Shown: positions 1-10,132, counted from the first letter of the whole stretch. The stretch is DNA of 62,223 nt, filler included, from an uncultured bacterium (GCA_964609495.1; 4 parts of 4 records of this genome joined end to end with filler, not necessarily neighbours in it), one strand, 5' to 3'. The notes: generated from the sequence alone by a model not told the origin. Numbers and translations are program-made.

Positions 1-540
1 ATAAGGCATTATCTTAGGGATAAAAGTTTATTGATCAAGAAGCCTCGTTGGTTAGAGCAATTGAATCGGATGGTAGGCGAGGCTATTAGCTCTTTATCAC
101 AACAATTGAATAGATATCCAACTGTAGAAGAGATAGCAAATGAGCTAAACATAACCGAGAATAGCGTAATTGAGGTTCTCAAGGCTCAGAGGCTATCTTA
201 TATTTCATCCCTGGATAATGGAGATAACCTCGGATCTCTCAAGGAGAGGATAAGGAGCAAGAAACTTGTAAGTTTTCGCTTGCCCGTAGAGGATCAAGTT
301 CGCTTAGTTGATAATATTGAGAGAAGCTTCCAATTACCAGTTGAAGATAAAATTATCCTAGCTCAAGCGATAGATAATCTAAAGACTTTAGAGAAGAAAG
401 TTATATATTACATATTCTTCAGCGATCTGACCCAGATGGAGGTTGCCAAGAAGGTCGGTATATCCCAAAAACATGTCTCTCGCCTCCTGAATAGTGCCTT
501 AAAGAAATTAAAGAAGGTTCTATCTAAGGAGCTGTGGTAA
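1..540 (+). CDS. SigB/SigF/SigG-family RNA polymerase sigma factor (5' partial)
   Basis: Frame is open from base 1: IRHYLRDKSLLIKKPRW (region 2.4), RYPTVEEIANEL (region 3), LTQMEVAKKVGISQKHVSRLL (region 4 HTH). Confidence 0.9.
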   Translation: MRHYLRDKSLLIKKPRWLEQLNRMVGEAISSLSQQLNRYPTVEEIANELNITENSVIEVLKAQRLSYISSLDNGDNLGSLKERIRSKKLVSFRLPVEDQVRLVDNIERSFQLPVEDKIILAQAIDNLKTLEKKVIYYIFFSDLTQMEVAKKVGISQKHVSRLLNSALKKLKKVLSKELW

Positions 541-550
541 GTTGCTCTAA

Positions 551-578
551 GTCTAATATCGGTCTGTTTTGGGTATAA
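551..578 (+). promoter_or_regulatory. SigB-like promoter GTCTAA-N14-GGGTATAA
   Basis: One mismatch from the Bacillus SigB consensus GTTTAA-N12-14-GGGTAT. The identical motif recurs at 16873-16900 on the minus strand. Confidence 0.6.
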
Positions 579-598
579 ATAGAAGTGAAGACAGGGTT

Positions 599-634
599 GC
601 CCGTTCTTCGAAAAGAGATACGGGCTTTTTATTT
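599..634 (+). terminator. Rho-independent terminator
   Basis: GCCCGT...ACGGGC stem followed by TTTTTATTT, downstream of the sigma gene. Confidence 0.65.
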
Positions 635-643
635 AGGAGGCAG

Positions 644-691
644 AAAGGAAACTTTTTTACCTTGAGTTCTATTTGAAGCAAAAGTTTCCTT
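644..691. repeat. ~48-bp palindromic intergenic repeat (family B)
   Basis: AAAGGAAACTTTT-N~22-AAAAGTTTCCTT; near-identical to 30669-30717. Confidence 0.85.
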
Positions 692-712
692 ATCAAAGGC
701 GGGGGAGGGTAA

Positions 713-1456
713 GTGAAACTATCAGTTATAATACCTGCCTACAATGAAAGAGCGACGATAGCCGAATTAGTTCGACGGGTCAAAGAGGCAGACATACCGA
801 AAGAGATAATAATAGTGGATGATGGTTCCACCGATGGGACGCGAGATATCGTTCAAGGGCTAAAGGATGAAGAGACGAGGATAGTTTATCATCCTTACAA
901 TAGGGGGAAGGGAATGGCTATTCGCACTGGCATAAAGCAGGCGAGGGGAGATATAATAGTCATTCAGGATGCCGATTTAGAATACGATCCCAACGATTAC
1001 CATAAATTAATCGAGCCAATAATCGAGGGCAAAGCGAAAGTAGTCTATGGCTCCCGCTTTCTCGCTTCTTCGCATCAGAGGCGCAGTTGGAGTCATTATC
1101 TGGGAATCAGGGTTCTAACTTGGTTTACCAATTTGCTCTATCGCACTCACCTCACCGATGAGGCTACTTGTTACAAGGCTTTCCGAGCGGATGTTCTCAA
1201 AAGTATCAAGTTGGACTGCCAACGGTTCGAGTTTTGCCCCGAGGTTACCGCCAAGGTTCGAAGAAGAAAGATCGCTATCTTAGAAGTCCCCATATCCTAT
1301 AACCCTCGAACGGTGAAAGAGGGTAAGAAGATAAGGCTGAAGGATGGATTAGTGGCTATTTATACCCTGCTCAGATATAGATTTGGCAGAATTGATAAGG
1401 GAGAAGAGTCCTTAGAAAGCGATGTCTCAGCCATATTACAGCTCAAACGAGATTAA
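713..1456 (+). CDS. GT2 polyprenol-phosphate glycosyltransferase (DPM1-like)
   Basis: LSVIIPAYNE, VDDGSTDGT, NRGKG, QDADLEYDP, YGSRF. Confidence 0.9.
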   Translation: MKLSVIIPAYNERATIAELVRRVKEADIPKEIIIVDDGSTDGTRDIVQGLKDEETRIVYHPYNRGKGMAIRTGIKQARGDIIVIQDADLEYDPNDYHKLIEPIIEGKAKVVYGSRFLASSHQRRSWSHYLGIRVLTWFTNLLYRTHLTDEATCYKAFRADVLKSIKLDCQRFEFCPEVTAKVRRRKIAILEVPISYNPRTVKEGKKIRLKDGLVAIYTLLRYRFGRIDKGEESLESDVSAILQLKRD

Positions 1457-3110
1457 ATTCGTCTCCTTCTGGGCTCTGGTGATCATGGCAATCACTATGA
1501 TCCCTTATCTAATCGGTTATGCCTTGACTCCTCCCGATATGCAATTCAGTTGGGTTATTCCTGTAACTGATATAGATGTTCATCCCTGGCTATCTGAAGT
1601 TCGACAAGCACAGGAGGGACGATTTCTGATCCAACATCAATATTGGATCGAGCCGCATCCCTCCGCTCTTCACCCCTTCTGGGTCAGCGTGGGGCTGATC
1701 TCCGGGGTTTTGGGTCTATCTCCAATAGGCGGTTATCACCTAGCTCGAATGATCGTTGGTTTCATCCTACTCATATCTATCTATCGTCTCATAGCTCTCT
1801 TCGAACAAGATATCTTTGTGAGAAGGTCTGCTTTCTTCTTTCTGATCTTATCCTCCGGTTTCGGTTGGCTTAAAGCTTTAGGGATAAATATGAGCTCCAT
1901 CGATCTGTGGATGCCGGAGGCTATAACCTTCTATTCCATATATGGCTTTCCGCATATCTCCTTCTCCATACTCCTGATGGTTCTAATACTATATTATACT
2001 CTTCTAGCCTTCCGAGAGAGGAAGAGGAAATATATAATCTATTCGGGGGTATCTGCTTTCTTTTTGGGTTTAGTCCATCCTTTTGATCTGATCCCCATTT
2101 ATGCGGCGATAACCGTCTGCCTAGCGGAGGAGTGGAGGAGAGAGCGGCGTTTTCCCCTCGAGGAAGTTAAATCCTTTATTTCGATCCTCATCTTCTCTAT
2201 AATATCACTTGCTTATATCATCTATCTTTATGTTCTATCTCCTACCTCCTCCATAATGACGAAGGAGATGCAATTCAGCTTCCCTAACTCGATTTGGTAT
2301 GTAACAGGTTATGGAATAATATTTATCCTCGCCTCGATAGGAGCGATAAAGATCGCAAAAGCTCAAAGGACAGCTTATTATCCAATCTTGGCTTGGGCGA
2401 TTATGGCTCTCATCTTGGTATATATACCTCTTCGTCTCCCCCATCAGAGGAGATTTATGGAGGGAGCTCATATTCCGTTGAGTATGGTGGCAACAGTAGG
2501 AATATCTCAGCTTTTAACTGAACTTAGGGAATGGTGGAATAGAAAGTTAGCTCTTAGAAAAGATAAGCAAAGATCATATCATTTCTTTGGCAATAAGGAG
2601 GGTTTCAGAAGAGTAGAGATCATCTTTATAGTTCTCCTCATAGCCTTTTCCTCTCTTACTAATGTCTATATTATAACCTCTGATGTTCAGGCCTATAGAG
2701 GCTTCAACTTCGAGGAGTATGTCCGCGATCCTGAGGGAGGAGTTCCTCGCTACATACCCGATGGGATAATCCTGGCTATGGAGTGGTTGGCGAAGAATAC
2801 CGATCCTGAGGGGGTAGTTCTATCCTCAGTAAGGATGGGGGATCTTATACCAGCTTGGGCTCCACATAGGGTTTATCTAGGGCGGTGGTATTCCGTTCCC
2901 GATCTAAAAAGTAAATACAGCGATGTTATGACCTTCTTTAAGGTGAACATCCCTGACTCGCTACGGAACGATTTCCTAAAGAGATACAGTATCAAATACA
3001 TATTCTATGGACCAGTTGAGAGAGCACTGGGGGATTTCAATCCTGACAGAGAGGGATACCTCGTCAAAATCTATGATAACGGGTTAGTCTCCATACATGA
3101 GGTGAAGTAA
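1422..3110 (+). CDS. Multi-TM membrane protein, GT-C-like
   Basis: Many hydrophobic helices and a soluble C-terminal domain; overlaps the GT2 gene. Confidence 0.6.
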   Translation: MSQPYYSSNEIKFVSFWALVIMAITMIPYLIGYALTPPDMQFSWVIPVTDIDVHPWLSEVRQAQEGRFLIQHQYWIEPHPSALHPFWVSVGLISGVLGLSPIGGYHLARMIVGFILLISIYRLIALFEQDIFVRRSAFFFLILSSGFGWLKALGINMSSIDLWMPEAITFYSIYGFPHISFSILLMVLILYYTLLAFRERKRKYIIYSGVSAFFLGLVHPFDLIPIYAAITVCLAEEWRRERRFPLEEVKSFISILIFSIISLAYIIYLYVLSPTSSIMTKEMQFSFPNSIWYVTGYGIIFILASIGAIKIAKAQRTAYYPILAWAIMALILVYIPLRLPHQRRFMEGAHIPLSMVATVGISQLLTELREWWNRKLALRKDKQRSYHFFGNKEGFRRVEIIFIVLLIAFSSLTNVYIITSDVQAYRGFNFEEYVRDPEGGVPRYIPDGIILAMEWLAKNTDPEGVVLSSVRMGDLIPAWAPHRVYLGRWYSVPDLKSKYSDVMTFFKVNIPDSLRNDFLKRYSIKYIFYGPVERALGDFNPDREGYLVKIYDNGLVSIHEVK

Positions 3111-3113
3111 TTG

Positions 3114-3161
3114 AAAGGGAACTTTTGCCGGAAATAGGACTCAAGATAAAAAATTCCCTTT
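3114..3161. repeat. Family B palindromic repeat
   Basis: AAAGGGAACTTTT...AAAAATTCCCTTT; the two arms covary relative to other copies. Confidence 0.8.
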
Positions 3162-3165
3162 ATTT

Positions 3166-3240
3166 AAGGAGAGTTCGAGATCCAACAGGAGAAAAATCTT
3201 CAATAGCCCGATTAATTTAGCAAAAACCAAATAGGAGCTT
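3166..3240. repeat. End fragment of family D MITE-like element
   Basis: Nearly identical to 47440-47508 (aaggagagttcgagatc...aatagcccgattaatttagcaaa). Confidence 0.8.
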
Positions 3241-4707
3241 CTAACTGCTATCTCGGCTAGGAGAGATCTTCATCCCCAACTGCTCTAGCGCATATTCGAC
3301 TCCACTTTGAAGATCGCTTCTAGTAACGATCCCTGTTAAATCCACTCCCAATTGAATTATCGTCTGAGCTACCTCGGGGCTTATACCAACCAATACCACT
3401 TGTGAGCCTAACAACCCGGCCGCCCTCGCTGATTGCAGAAGATGATTGGCTACTCCTGTATCGACCATCGGGACCCCAGTGATATCTATTATTACCACCT
3501 GAGCTTGATACTGGCTGATCCCTTGAAGCAGATTCTCCATTATCTGCTGAGAGCGAGCGGTATCGATAGTGCCAATGAGAGGCATCACGATAAGGTTATT
3601 GGTGATCGGAACTATCGGAGTAGATAGCTCTCGCAAAGCTCTTTTTTGAGCTTCTATCATCTCTTGTTGAAGGCGATCTCGCTCTTCGCTTGCTCTCTGC
3701 AATTCCTTGGTCCTCTCTATCACCTGCTTCTCCAGGGAATCGCGAAGAGAGGTCAACTCCTCAAGCTGTCTCTGGGTATTCTCAAATAATCGGGCATTCT
3801 CGATAGCCACTGCGGCTTGACTGGCGAAGGTCTCCAGGAGTTGCACTTCTTCGGGAGAAACCCTTCTAAGTTCCATCGAAGCCACTTGGAGAGTCCCGAT
3901 AACCTCTTCTCTAGCTTTTAGGGGGAGGATGATCTGAGTTATGATTCCAGATTTCTTTATAGCCTCTTGGTCGCACCTTCCACTAACTCGCGAATCCTCA
4001 ATCACCATAACCTCTCCTGTCCTAGCTACTTCAGCCAAGATATCTGGGCCATCTATAGCTCTCCTAGTCTCCTCCACTATCTTTTCCATGCCTTCTCCTA
4101 CGGCATACTTTGCCACTACAAAATCGCCTTCCACCAGAGATAGCATAGTCTTATCATAACCTGCTTTCTCCAAACTTCTCAAGATGAGTTGGATTGTCTT
4201 TTCTGCTTCAGAATAACTTTGTAGTATAGAAGTGCTTATCTCATAAAGCGATGCTAATCTCTCAGCTTTCTCTTCGGTCTCTTTGGTTTTCTCATCAAAC
4301 TGCTTCTGATAGAGTTGATTTATCTTGACAAAAGCCTTATTGATAATATCATCTGTAAATCTTATACTAGCGATCCCCTCCTTAGAATCGGAAGCAGAAA
4401 CCTCCTCAACCAATTCGAGCATAACAGAACGCGATATGATTAAAATATTCTGTAACTCAATTAAGGGGACTCCTTGAGCTATCATAGAACCCATCGTTTC
4501 ATCTATAAAATTCACAAATGGAGCAGAACTATCCTCCCTTAAGCACTCCTTAAAACTCTCTATCTCTTTTCCTATCACCTCCCTTAGCGGCTCAATCGTC
4601 ATACCAATGTAACCTTTCCCAGTCTCTTTAATCTTATCCACAAGTTTCTCCGTTATTCTCTCCACTTCAGAGTTAAACAGATCTTGAAAATAGGATAACC
4701 TAGGCAT
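3241..4707 (-). CDS. RsbR-like stressosome protein: N-terminal helical domain + GAF + coiled coil + STAS
   Basis: ELSTPIVPI, MPLIGTIDTARSQ, IDITGVPMVDTGVA, GISPEVAQT (STAS); GAF end LLETFASQAAVAIENARLF. Confidence 0.88.
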   Translation of the reverse strand: MPRLSYFQDLFNSEVERITEKLVDKIKETGKGYIGMTIEPLREVIGKEIESFKECLREDSSAPFVNFIDETMGSMIAQGVPLIELQNILIISRSVMLELVEEVSASDSKEGIASIRFTDDIINKAFVKINQLYQKQFDEKTKETEEKAERLASLYEISTSILQSYSEAEKTIQLILRSLEKAGYDKTMLSLVEGDFVVAKYAVGEGMEKIVEETRRAIDGPDILAEVARTGEVMVIEDSRVSGRCDQEAIKKSGIITQIILPLKAREEVIGTLQVASMELRRVSPEEVQLLETFASQAAVAIENARLFENTQRQLEELTSLRDSLEKQVIERTKELQRASEERDRLQQEMIEAQKRALRELSTPIVPITNNLIVMPLIGTIDTARSQQIMENLLQGISQYQAQVVIIDITGVPMVDTGVANHLLQSARAAGLLGSQVVLVGISPEVAQTIIQLGVDLTGIVTRSDLQSGVEYALEQLGMKISPSRDSS

Positions 4708-4727
4708 TATCTCCTTCCCCCATATTT

Positions 4728-6002
4728 CTAATCAGATTTATCTTTTATAAATACAATAATCATCTCTGAATCGAGAACGTATTTGATACGTTCAAAGCTA
4801 AAACCAAAGCTCTCTATGATGCTTATTAGGTTATCTTTAGAATAGTGAGTTATATGTTCATCAGCATATCCACCTGGTATAAGAAATTTGTATAATCGCT
4901 CGATGATCCTCCAGGATAACTTTGCATAATCAGGAGTCCCGAGGATTAACTTTCCCCCTTCTTTCAGAACTCTTTCCATCTCCTGAAAAATCTTGTTTTC
5001 ATAAGGGATATGTTCTATGACCTGAGAGCAGATAATGCAATCGAAACTTTTGCTCTTAAAAGGAAGATCATAAATTGAGGCATTAATTACGGGTTTATCG
5101 TATCTTTTCATATATCGCACCTTATTCATCTGAATATCAATACCAATCGCCTCATTTAGTCCCCTTAGAATTCTGCTTGAGCCACAACCAATATCTAAAA
5201 TCAAGCCATCTCCACCTGCAAACTGAGTGATAATTTTATAGCGGCTTCGCTGCCAATAGCGCTGGAAAGGGATAATACTATCAAAGGCTCGTTCATCATA
5301 GTCAGCTGCCATAATCGAGTTTCGTAATACCCACATTCGTTTAAAGGTTTTTAAATATGAGATCCCAAACTTAAACAATTTAGCTTTAGAACTTCCACTC
5401 TCTCGAGGAGCATAGCAAAAAGAGATCTCCTTAACTCTCCATCCCTGAATATGAGTTTGAATAACTATCTCTTCGAGAATATCAAAATCGGTACTATTAA
5501 GAGTCAAGTTTCTAACTATTGAGGAATTGTAGAGTCGGAATCCACTTGAGATATCTTTCACGGGAATAGAGAGTCCTCGAGCGAAAAAGATATTTAGGAT
5601 TCTACTTAGAACCCTCCTCACCCAGGGCATAATAGCCTCACCTCCTGGAACATAGCGTGAGGCTATTATAATCTCAGCTTTGGTTCTCTCTTCCCAAATA
5701 GCTGAAATAAAATCTGGACTATGTGACAAATCTGCATCTAAGGTCAAAATGTATTTACCTTTGGAATTCTCAAATCCCTCCCTTAAGGCCTCTCCATAAC
5801 CTCTTCTCCTCTGTCTTATCACCCGAGCTTTATTAGCTACTGCAACCCCTCTAGTCTTATCAGTTGATCCACCGTCAACCAGGATAATCTCATAATCAGA
5901 GGTGATTTGAGATACAATCCGATGAACAGCCGGTATTAATTTAGCAATATTTTTCTCCTCATTAATAGCTAATATGAGAATAGTGAGTTGTATATTTATC
6001 AT
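4728..6002 (-). CDS. GT2 glycosyltransferase fused to class I SAM methyltransferase
   Basis: VDGGSTDKT and LDADLSH (GT2); ILDIGCGS and FDCIICSQVIEH (MTase). Confidence 0.88.
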   Translation of the reverse strand: MINIQLTILILAINEEKNIAKLIPAVHRIVSQITSDYEIILVDGGSTDKTRGVAVANKARVIRQRRRGYGEALREGFENSKGKYILTLDADLSHSPDFISAIWEERTKAEIIIASRYVPGGEAIMPWVRRVLSRILNIFFARGLSIPVKDISSGFRLYNSSIVRNLTLNSTDFDILEEIVIQTHIQGWRVKEISFCYAPRESGSSKAKLFKFGISYLKTFKRMWVLRNSIMAADYDERAFDSIIPFQRYWQRSRYKIITQFAGGDGLILDIGCGSSRILRGLNEAIGIDIQMNKVRYMKRYDKPVINASIYDLPFKSKSFDCIICSQVIEHIPYENKIFQEMERVLKEGGKLILGTPDYAKLSWRIIERLYKFLIPGGYADEHITHYSKDNLISIIESFGFSFERIKYVLDSEMIIVFIKDKSD

Positions 6003-6117
6003 CCGTCTTTCTGCATTTGATCAGATGTATTTTCTCAATATAGTTTAAACGATTTTCTTACCTGTCTAGTTCACTCAATTTTCTTATTTGGACTTCAATA
6101 TGTTTTCCAAATTATCC

Positions 6118-6146
6118 TTGACTCCTCAAAATACCTATAGTATAAT
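6118..6146 (+). promoter_or_regulatory. Sigma70 promoter
   Basis: TTGACT-N17-TATAAT. Confidence 0.7.
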
Positions 6147-6200
6147 TACCTAGGGGAGGTAGCAATTTGGCTTTTATGAACTCAAAACTTAGAGCGATAT

Positions 6201-7772
6201 ATGATCCTGTCTAATAAAGCTAGGAAGATAAACTATATTTATCTTGGAGTGTTTCTTTCCCTCCTTCTAGGACTAATGGCTAGGCTGATCTATCTGGGCA
6301 GAGTGAGTCTAGATTTTGATGAAGCTTATACAATAGTAGTAGCGATGAGACCTTTTAAACAGATAATATTAGGGACCGCTGAGGATGGCTACCCTCCTTT
6401 GTATTACCTCTTAATGCACCTCTGGATCAAGTTGGGAATTAAAGATTACTTAGTTAGAAGCTCATCTTTACTCTTTGGGTTGGGAACTATAGCTCTAGTT
6501 TATATAGTGGGAAAAAATATCTTCGAGGAGAGGACAGCTATTTTAGCCGCTCTCTTCACAGCTTTGGCGAATTGTCAGGTGGAATATTCCCAGAAAGCTC
6601 GAATGTATACTATGGTCTCCTTCTTCGCTTGTTTAACTGCCTATCTTGTCCTTAGAGCTTATCAAAGTGGAAATTGGCACTTCTGGTTAGGATATAGTAT
6701 ATCTGCTATAGCTGGATTATATGTTCACAATTACTTCCTGTTCTTACCTATAGCTTTTGGTTTATACGGGCTACTTCAGTTTAAGAGATATCGTTTTTCC
6801 CCGGCGAGATGGCTCATAGCTCAACTCGTAATCATCATCCTATATCTCCCCTGGCTTAAAGTTCTCCTGGGACAGTTTTCTCGAGTAAGAGAGGGCTTCT
6901 GGATACCTGAAGTAGGTCTCTTCAGTCCTATCTACATCTTGGAGTGGTTTGCCGTTGGAGAGTTCATCAGGAACTTAACGCTTAGGATCGTTTCTAATTG
7001 GTTCTTCGGAATACCTCTTGTAATCTCTTTAGGAGTCATGATCGTTCTGTTGTTAGGAAGGTGGAGAGGAGAGGAGATTATAAGGTCTGCGGAGAAGATC
7101 TTACCTAGCCTAACATTTACAAGAGATAACGGCGATGGGATCTTATTGCTATTTTTCTGGTTAGTAATACCTATAGTTCTAGCTTATATCTTATCTCTAA
7201 AACAGTCGATATTCTATAATAGATACTTCCTTCTGATATCACCTGCCTACTATCTCTTAGTCGCTAAAGGGATATTTAACATCAAGATCAGGAAAGTCCC
7301 CCTGTTTTTCGTGGCAGGGATTATAATTATCCAGCTTATTTCTTTAGGTAAATATTACGCGACTGAAGAAGAAGTTCGGATAAAACCTGCGGCTATCCAA
7401 ATTCAAAATAACTTTCGGGAAGGAGATGTCATCGTTCACGCGGGAGATGATGGCTGGGGAAATGAATATGCGGCCTTTACCTTTTTCCCCTCCCTAGTGT
7501 ATCATCAGGGCGAACTTGAGGAGTACTTACTCACTAAGCATAAAATCCCCTATTTTCTAGGGGGAAATGTCCTAAAGCCAGAGCAAGCTATATCCGATAT
7601 GAAAAGGGTATTAGCGGATCACTCAAGGCTATGGTTGATTATGAGGGCTGATAATCCCGATCGTAGTGCAGATAAATTAGTAGGTGATAATTCCCGTAGA
7701 GCATCCCATCGAAGTTTCGGGCAAGTGAACCTTTATCTATATGAGAAAAAAGTTGAAAAAGATTCCCAGTAG
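6201..7772 (+). CDS. GT39/ArnT-like GT-C glycosyltransferase
   Basis: SLDFDEAYT, YPPLYYLLMHLW, YSQKARMY; multi-TM. Confidence 0.8.
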   Translation: MILSNKARKINYIYLGVFLSLLLGLMARLIYLGRVSLDFDEAYTIVVAMRPFKQIILGTAEDGYPPLYYLLMHLWIKLGIKDYLVRSSSLLFGLGTIALVYIVGKNIFEERTAILAALFTALANCQVEYSQKARMYTMVSFFACLTAYLVLRAYQSGNWHFWLGYSISAIAGLYVHNYFLFLPIAFGLYGLLQFKRYRFSPARWLIAQLVIIILYLPWLKVLLGQFSRVREGFWIPEVGLFSPIYILEWFAVGEFIRNLTLRIVSNWFFGIPLVISLGVMIVLLLGRWRGEEIIRSAEKILPSLTFTRDNGDGILLLFFWLVIPIVLAYILSLKQSIFYNRYFLLISPAYYLLVAKGIFNIKIRKVPLFFVAGIIIIQLISLGKYYATEEEVRIKPAAIQIQNNFREGDVIVHAGDDGWGNEYAAFTFFPSLVYHQGELEEYLLTKHKIPYFLGGNVLKPEQAISDMKRVLADHSRLWLIMRADNPDRSADKLVGDNSRRASHRSFGQVNLYLYEKKVEKDSQ

Positions 7773-7812
7773 GGCTATAATTGATTTAGATGAGAAAAAC
7801 GGAGGTGATTTT

Positions 7813-9267
7813 GTGGCGGAATACAAAGCTAACATCGCGTTGGAAGTTCATTGTCATATTACAACTCGAAGTAAGATGTTCTGTTCATGTCAGGCGGATT
7901 ATTATGGGGCTGAACCTAATACCCATACCTGTCCGGTCTGTTTGGGATTACCAGGCTCTCTGCCAGTTATCAATAGAAAGGCGATCGAGAATTGTATCAA
8001 ACTAGCCTTGGCTCTCAACTGCGAGATCGCAGATTATGCTAGATTTCATCGAAAGAACTATTACTATCCTGATCTTCCCAAGAACTATCAAATTTCTCAA
8101 TACGATCTCCCTCTATCCCGAGGAGGATACCTGGATATCCAAACGAATGGCAACATTAGAAGGATAAGGATCAGAAGAGTCCATATAGAGGAGGATACTG
8201 GAAAATCTATTCATCCGGAGAATCTGGATGCCGATTACTCTCTAGTAGATTATAATCGCTGTGGAATACCGCTGGCTGAGGTAGTAACTGAACCAGATAT
8301 CACCACTCCCGAGGAGGCCGCCGCGTTTATGTATAAATTGCGGAGCATCCTCCAGTATCTAGGAGTCAGCAGTGGCGATATGGAGAAAGGAGCTATGCGC
8401 GCCGATGTCAATATCTCCATAAGACCAGCAGATAGCGAGGAGTTGGGGGTCAAGACGGAGATCAAAAATTTGAACTCGGCGAAGGCGGCTCAGAAGGCTC
8501 TGGAAGAGGAGTTCGAGCGTCAAACGAAATTATCGAGGTCTGGAGAGAGGGTGGCTCAGGTGACTCTCGACTGGGACGCAACAACTAATCGGCTTACGGT
8601 GTTGAGGAGCAAGGAATATGCTCATGACTACCGCTACTTTATCGAGCCAGATTTAGTTCCTCTGACCTTAGATTCGGATTGGGTAGAGGAGTTAAGGAAG
8701 AGCTTGCCTGAACTTCCCACAGCCCGTCGAGAACGCTTCATATCTCAATATGGTATTCCCCCGTATGATGCCGAGGTGATAACTGCTTCTAAAGCTTTAG
8801 GAGATTTCTTCGAGAAATGCGCCAGTCAATATAGGGATGCTAAGGCGGTCAGTAACTGGGTTATGGGCGATCTGCTCTATCACCTCAAACAAAACGATAT
8901 GGAGATCGAGGATTGTCGGATAGCTCCAGCCCAGTTAGTGGCGATGCTTAAACTACTCGATGAGGGAGTGATAAACAGCAAGATAGCTAAGATAGTCTTC
9001 GAGGAGATGTTTGATTCTGGCAGAGATCCCCAGGTGATCGTCGAGGAAAAAGGATTGGTGCAGATCTCCGATGAGAAGGCCTTACAGGAGATGGTCGATA
9101 AAGTTGTTGCCGAGAATCCCGAATCGGCAGAGGCCTTCTTAGATGGAAAGAAGCGCGCTCTCAACTACTTAGTAGGTCAAATAATGAAGATGACTAGGGG
9201 AAAAGCGAAACCTGATTTAGCGAGTAAGCTTATCAGGGATGCTATAGAGAAACGATCAGATGGTTAG
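7813..9267 (+). CDS. gatB: Asp/Glu-tRNA amidotransferase subunit B
   Basis: LEVHCH, CPVCLGLPGSLP, RKNYYYPDLPKNYQISQ, EEDTGK, RSKEYAHDYRYF. Start set at GTG 7813 after a GGAGG RBS. Confidence 0.97.
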   Translation: MAEYKANIALEVHCHITTRSKMFCSCQADYYGAEPNTHTCPVCLGLPGSLPVINRKAIENCIKLALALNCEIADYARFHRKNYYYPDLPKNYQISQYDLPLSRGGYLDIQTNGNIRRIRIRRVHIEEDTGKSIHPENLDADYSLVDYNRCGIPLAEVVTEPDITTPEEAAAFMYKLRSILQYLGVSSGDMEKGAMRADVNISIRPADSEELGVKTEIKNLNSAKAAQKALEEEFERQTKLSRSGERVAQVTLDWDATTNRLTVLRSKEYAHDYRYFIEPDLVPLTLDSDWVEELRKSLPELPTARRERFISQYGIPPYDAEVITASKALGDFFEKCASQYRDAKAVSNWVMGDLLYHLKQNDMEIEDCRIAPAQLVAMLKLLDEGVINSKIAKIVFEEMFDSGRDPQVIVEEKGLVQISDEKALQEMVDKVVAENPESAEAFLDGKKRALNYLVGQIMKMTRGKAKPDLASKLIRDAIEKRSDG

Positions 9268-9282
9268 AGAGGGGTAGATAAG

Positions 9283-10050
9283 ATGGCTCTAGGAGAAGAA
9301 CCTGAGCTGGAAGAACATAAAATTGAAGATAAGCAAGAGCCTCCTTGGAGTATAGGGGATGCAGTGATAATACTATTCTGTTGGATATTCTTCTCAAGCC
9401 TTGTCTCAACCTTCATCGACGTGGAGAGGAACATCTTCTCCTTTTTCCTCTTTGGTTTCCTCCAAGCCCTTATTCTAGTTGCTTTGGTAATCATCGTTGC
9501 CACGGGCCTCAGGAGGGGAAGCCTACCGGAGCTAGGACTGCGCTTCGATAACTTTCTAGCCAATTTGGGATTGGGGATTATAGGCTATGCGGTTATCTTC
9601 CTAGCTATAGTGATAGGAGCTACTATTATCATCGCTATTCTAGCGATGATAGGAGGGCTTCTGAAGGTAGATCTTATCGAGATATATCAAAGGATGAATA
9701 CCACTCCTCCCCTCATAAAGGAGATAATCTCCGCTCACTCCTCACCCTTGGATATAGCGATACTCCTGATAGTAACTTCCCTCTTCGCCCCTATCTCCGA
9801 GGAGTTATTCCTTCGAGGAATGGTATATCCTGCTCTCAAGGTTAAGGTGGATAAGAGGATGGCGATGTTCTTAAGCGCTTTGATCTTTGCTGCCATGCAT
9901 CTTAATATATTCGCTTTTATCCCCTTGACGATTCTAGGAATAGGATTAGCTTATCTTTATGAGAGGACTGGTTCTCTCCTATCCCCTATGGTCGTGCATT
10001 CTTTACAGAATATCGTAGCCACTATGTTGATTTTAGGTTCTCAATCTTAA
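9283..10050 (+). CDS. CPBP/CAAX-family intramembrane metalloprotease
   Basis: APISEELFLRG, FAAMH, HSLQN motifs. Confidence 0.9.
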   Translation: MALGEEPELEEHKIEDKQEPPWSIGDAVIILFCWIFFSSLVSTFIDVERNIFSFFLFGFLQALILVALVIIVATGLRRGSLPELGLRFDNFLANLGLGIIGYAVIFLAIVIGATIIIAILAMIGGLLKVDLIEIYQRMNTTPPLIKEIISAHSSPLDIAILLIVTSLFAPISEELFLRGMVYPALKVKVDKRMAMFLSALIFAAMHLNIFAFIPLTILGIGLAYLYERTGSLLSPMVVHSLQNIVATMLILGSQS

Positions 10051-10066
10051 TTCCAATTACTACGAG

Positions 10067-10115
10067 AAAGGAAACTTTTGCCGGCAACAAAATTCTAAGG
10101 TAAAAAGTTTCCTTT
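10067..10115. repeat. Family B palindromic repeat
   Basis: AAAGGAAACTTTT...AAAAGTTTCCTTT just upstream of dnaE. Confidence 0.85.
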
Positions 10116-10132
10116 AGGGGGTTCCCGGAAAA

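Noticed and set aside
7741-7812. ORF-track N-terminal extensions of gatB (also Memo, EamA, minD, cysteine hydrolase, MTase)
   Set aside because: Downstream starts match family N-termini, mostly with better RBSs; the extensions overlap neighbouring genes, repeats or promoters.
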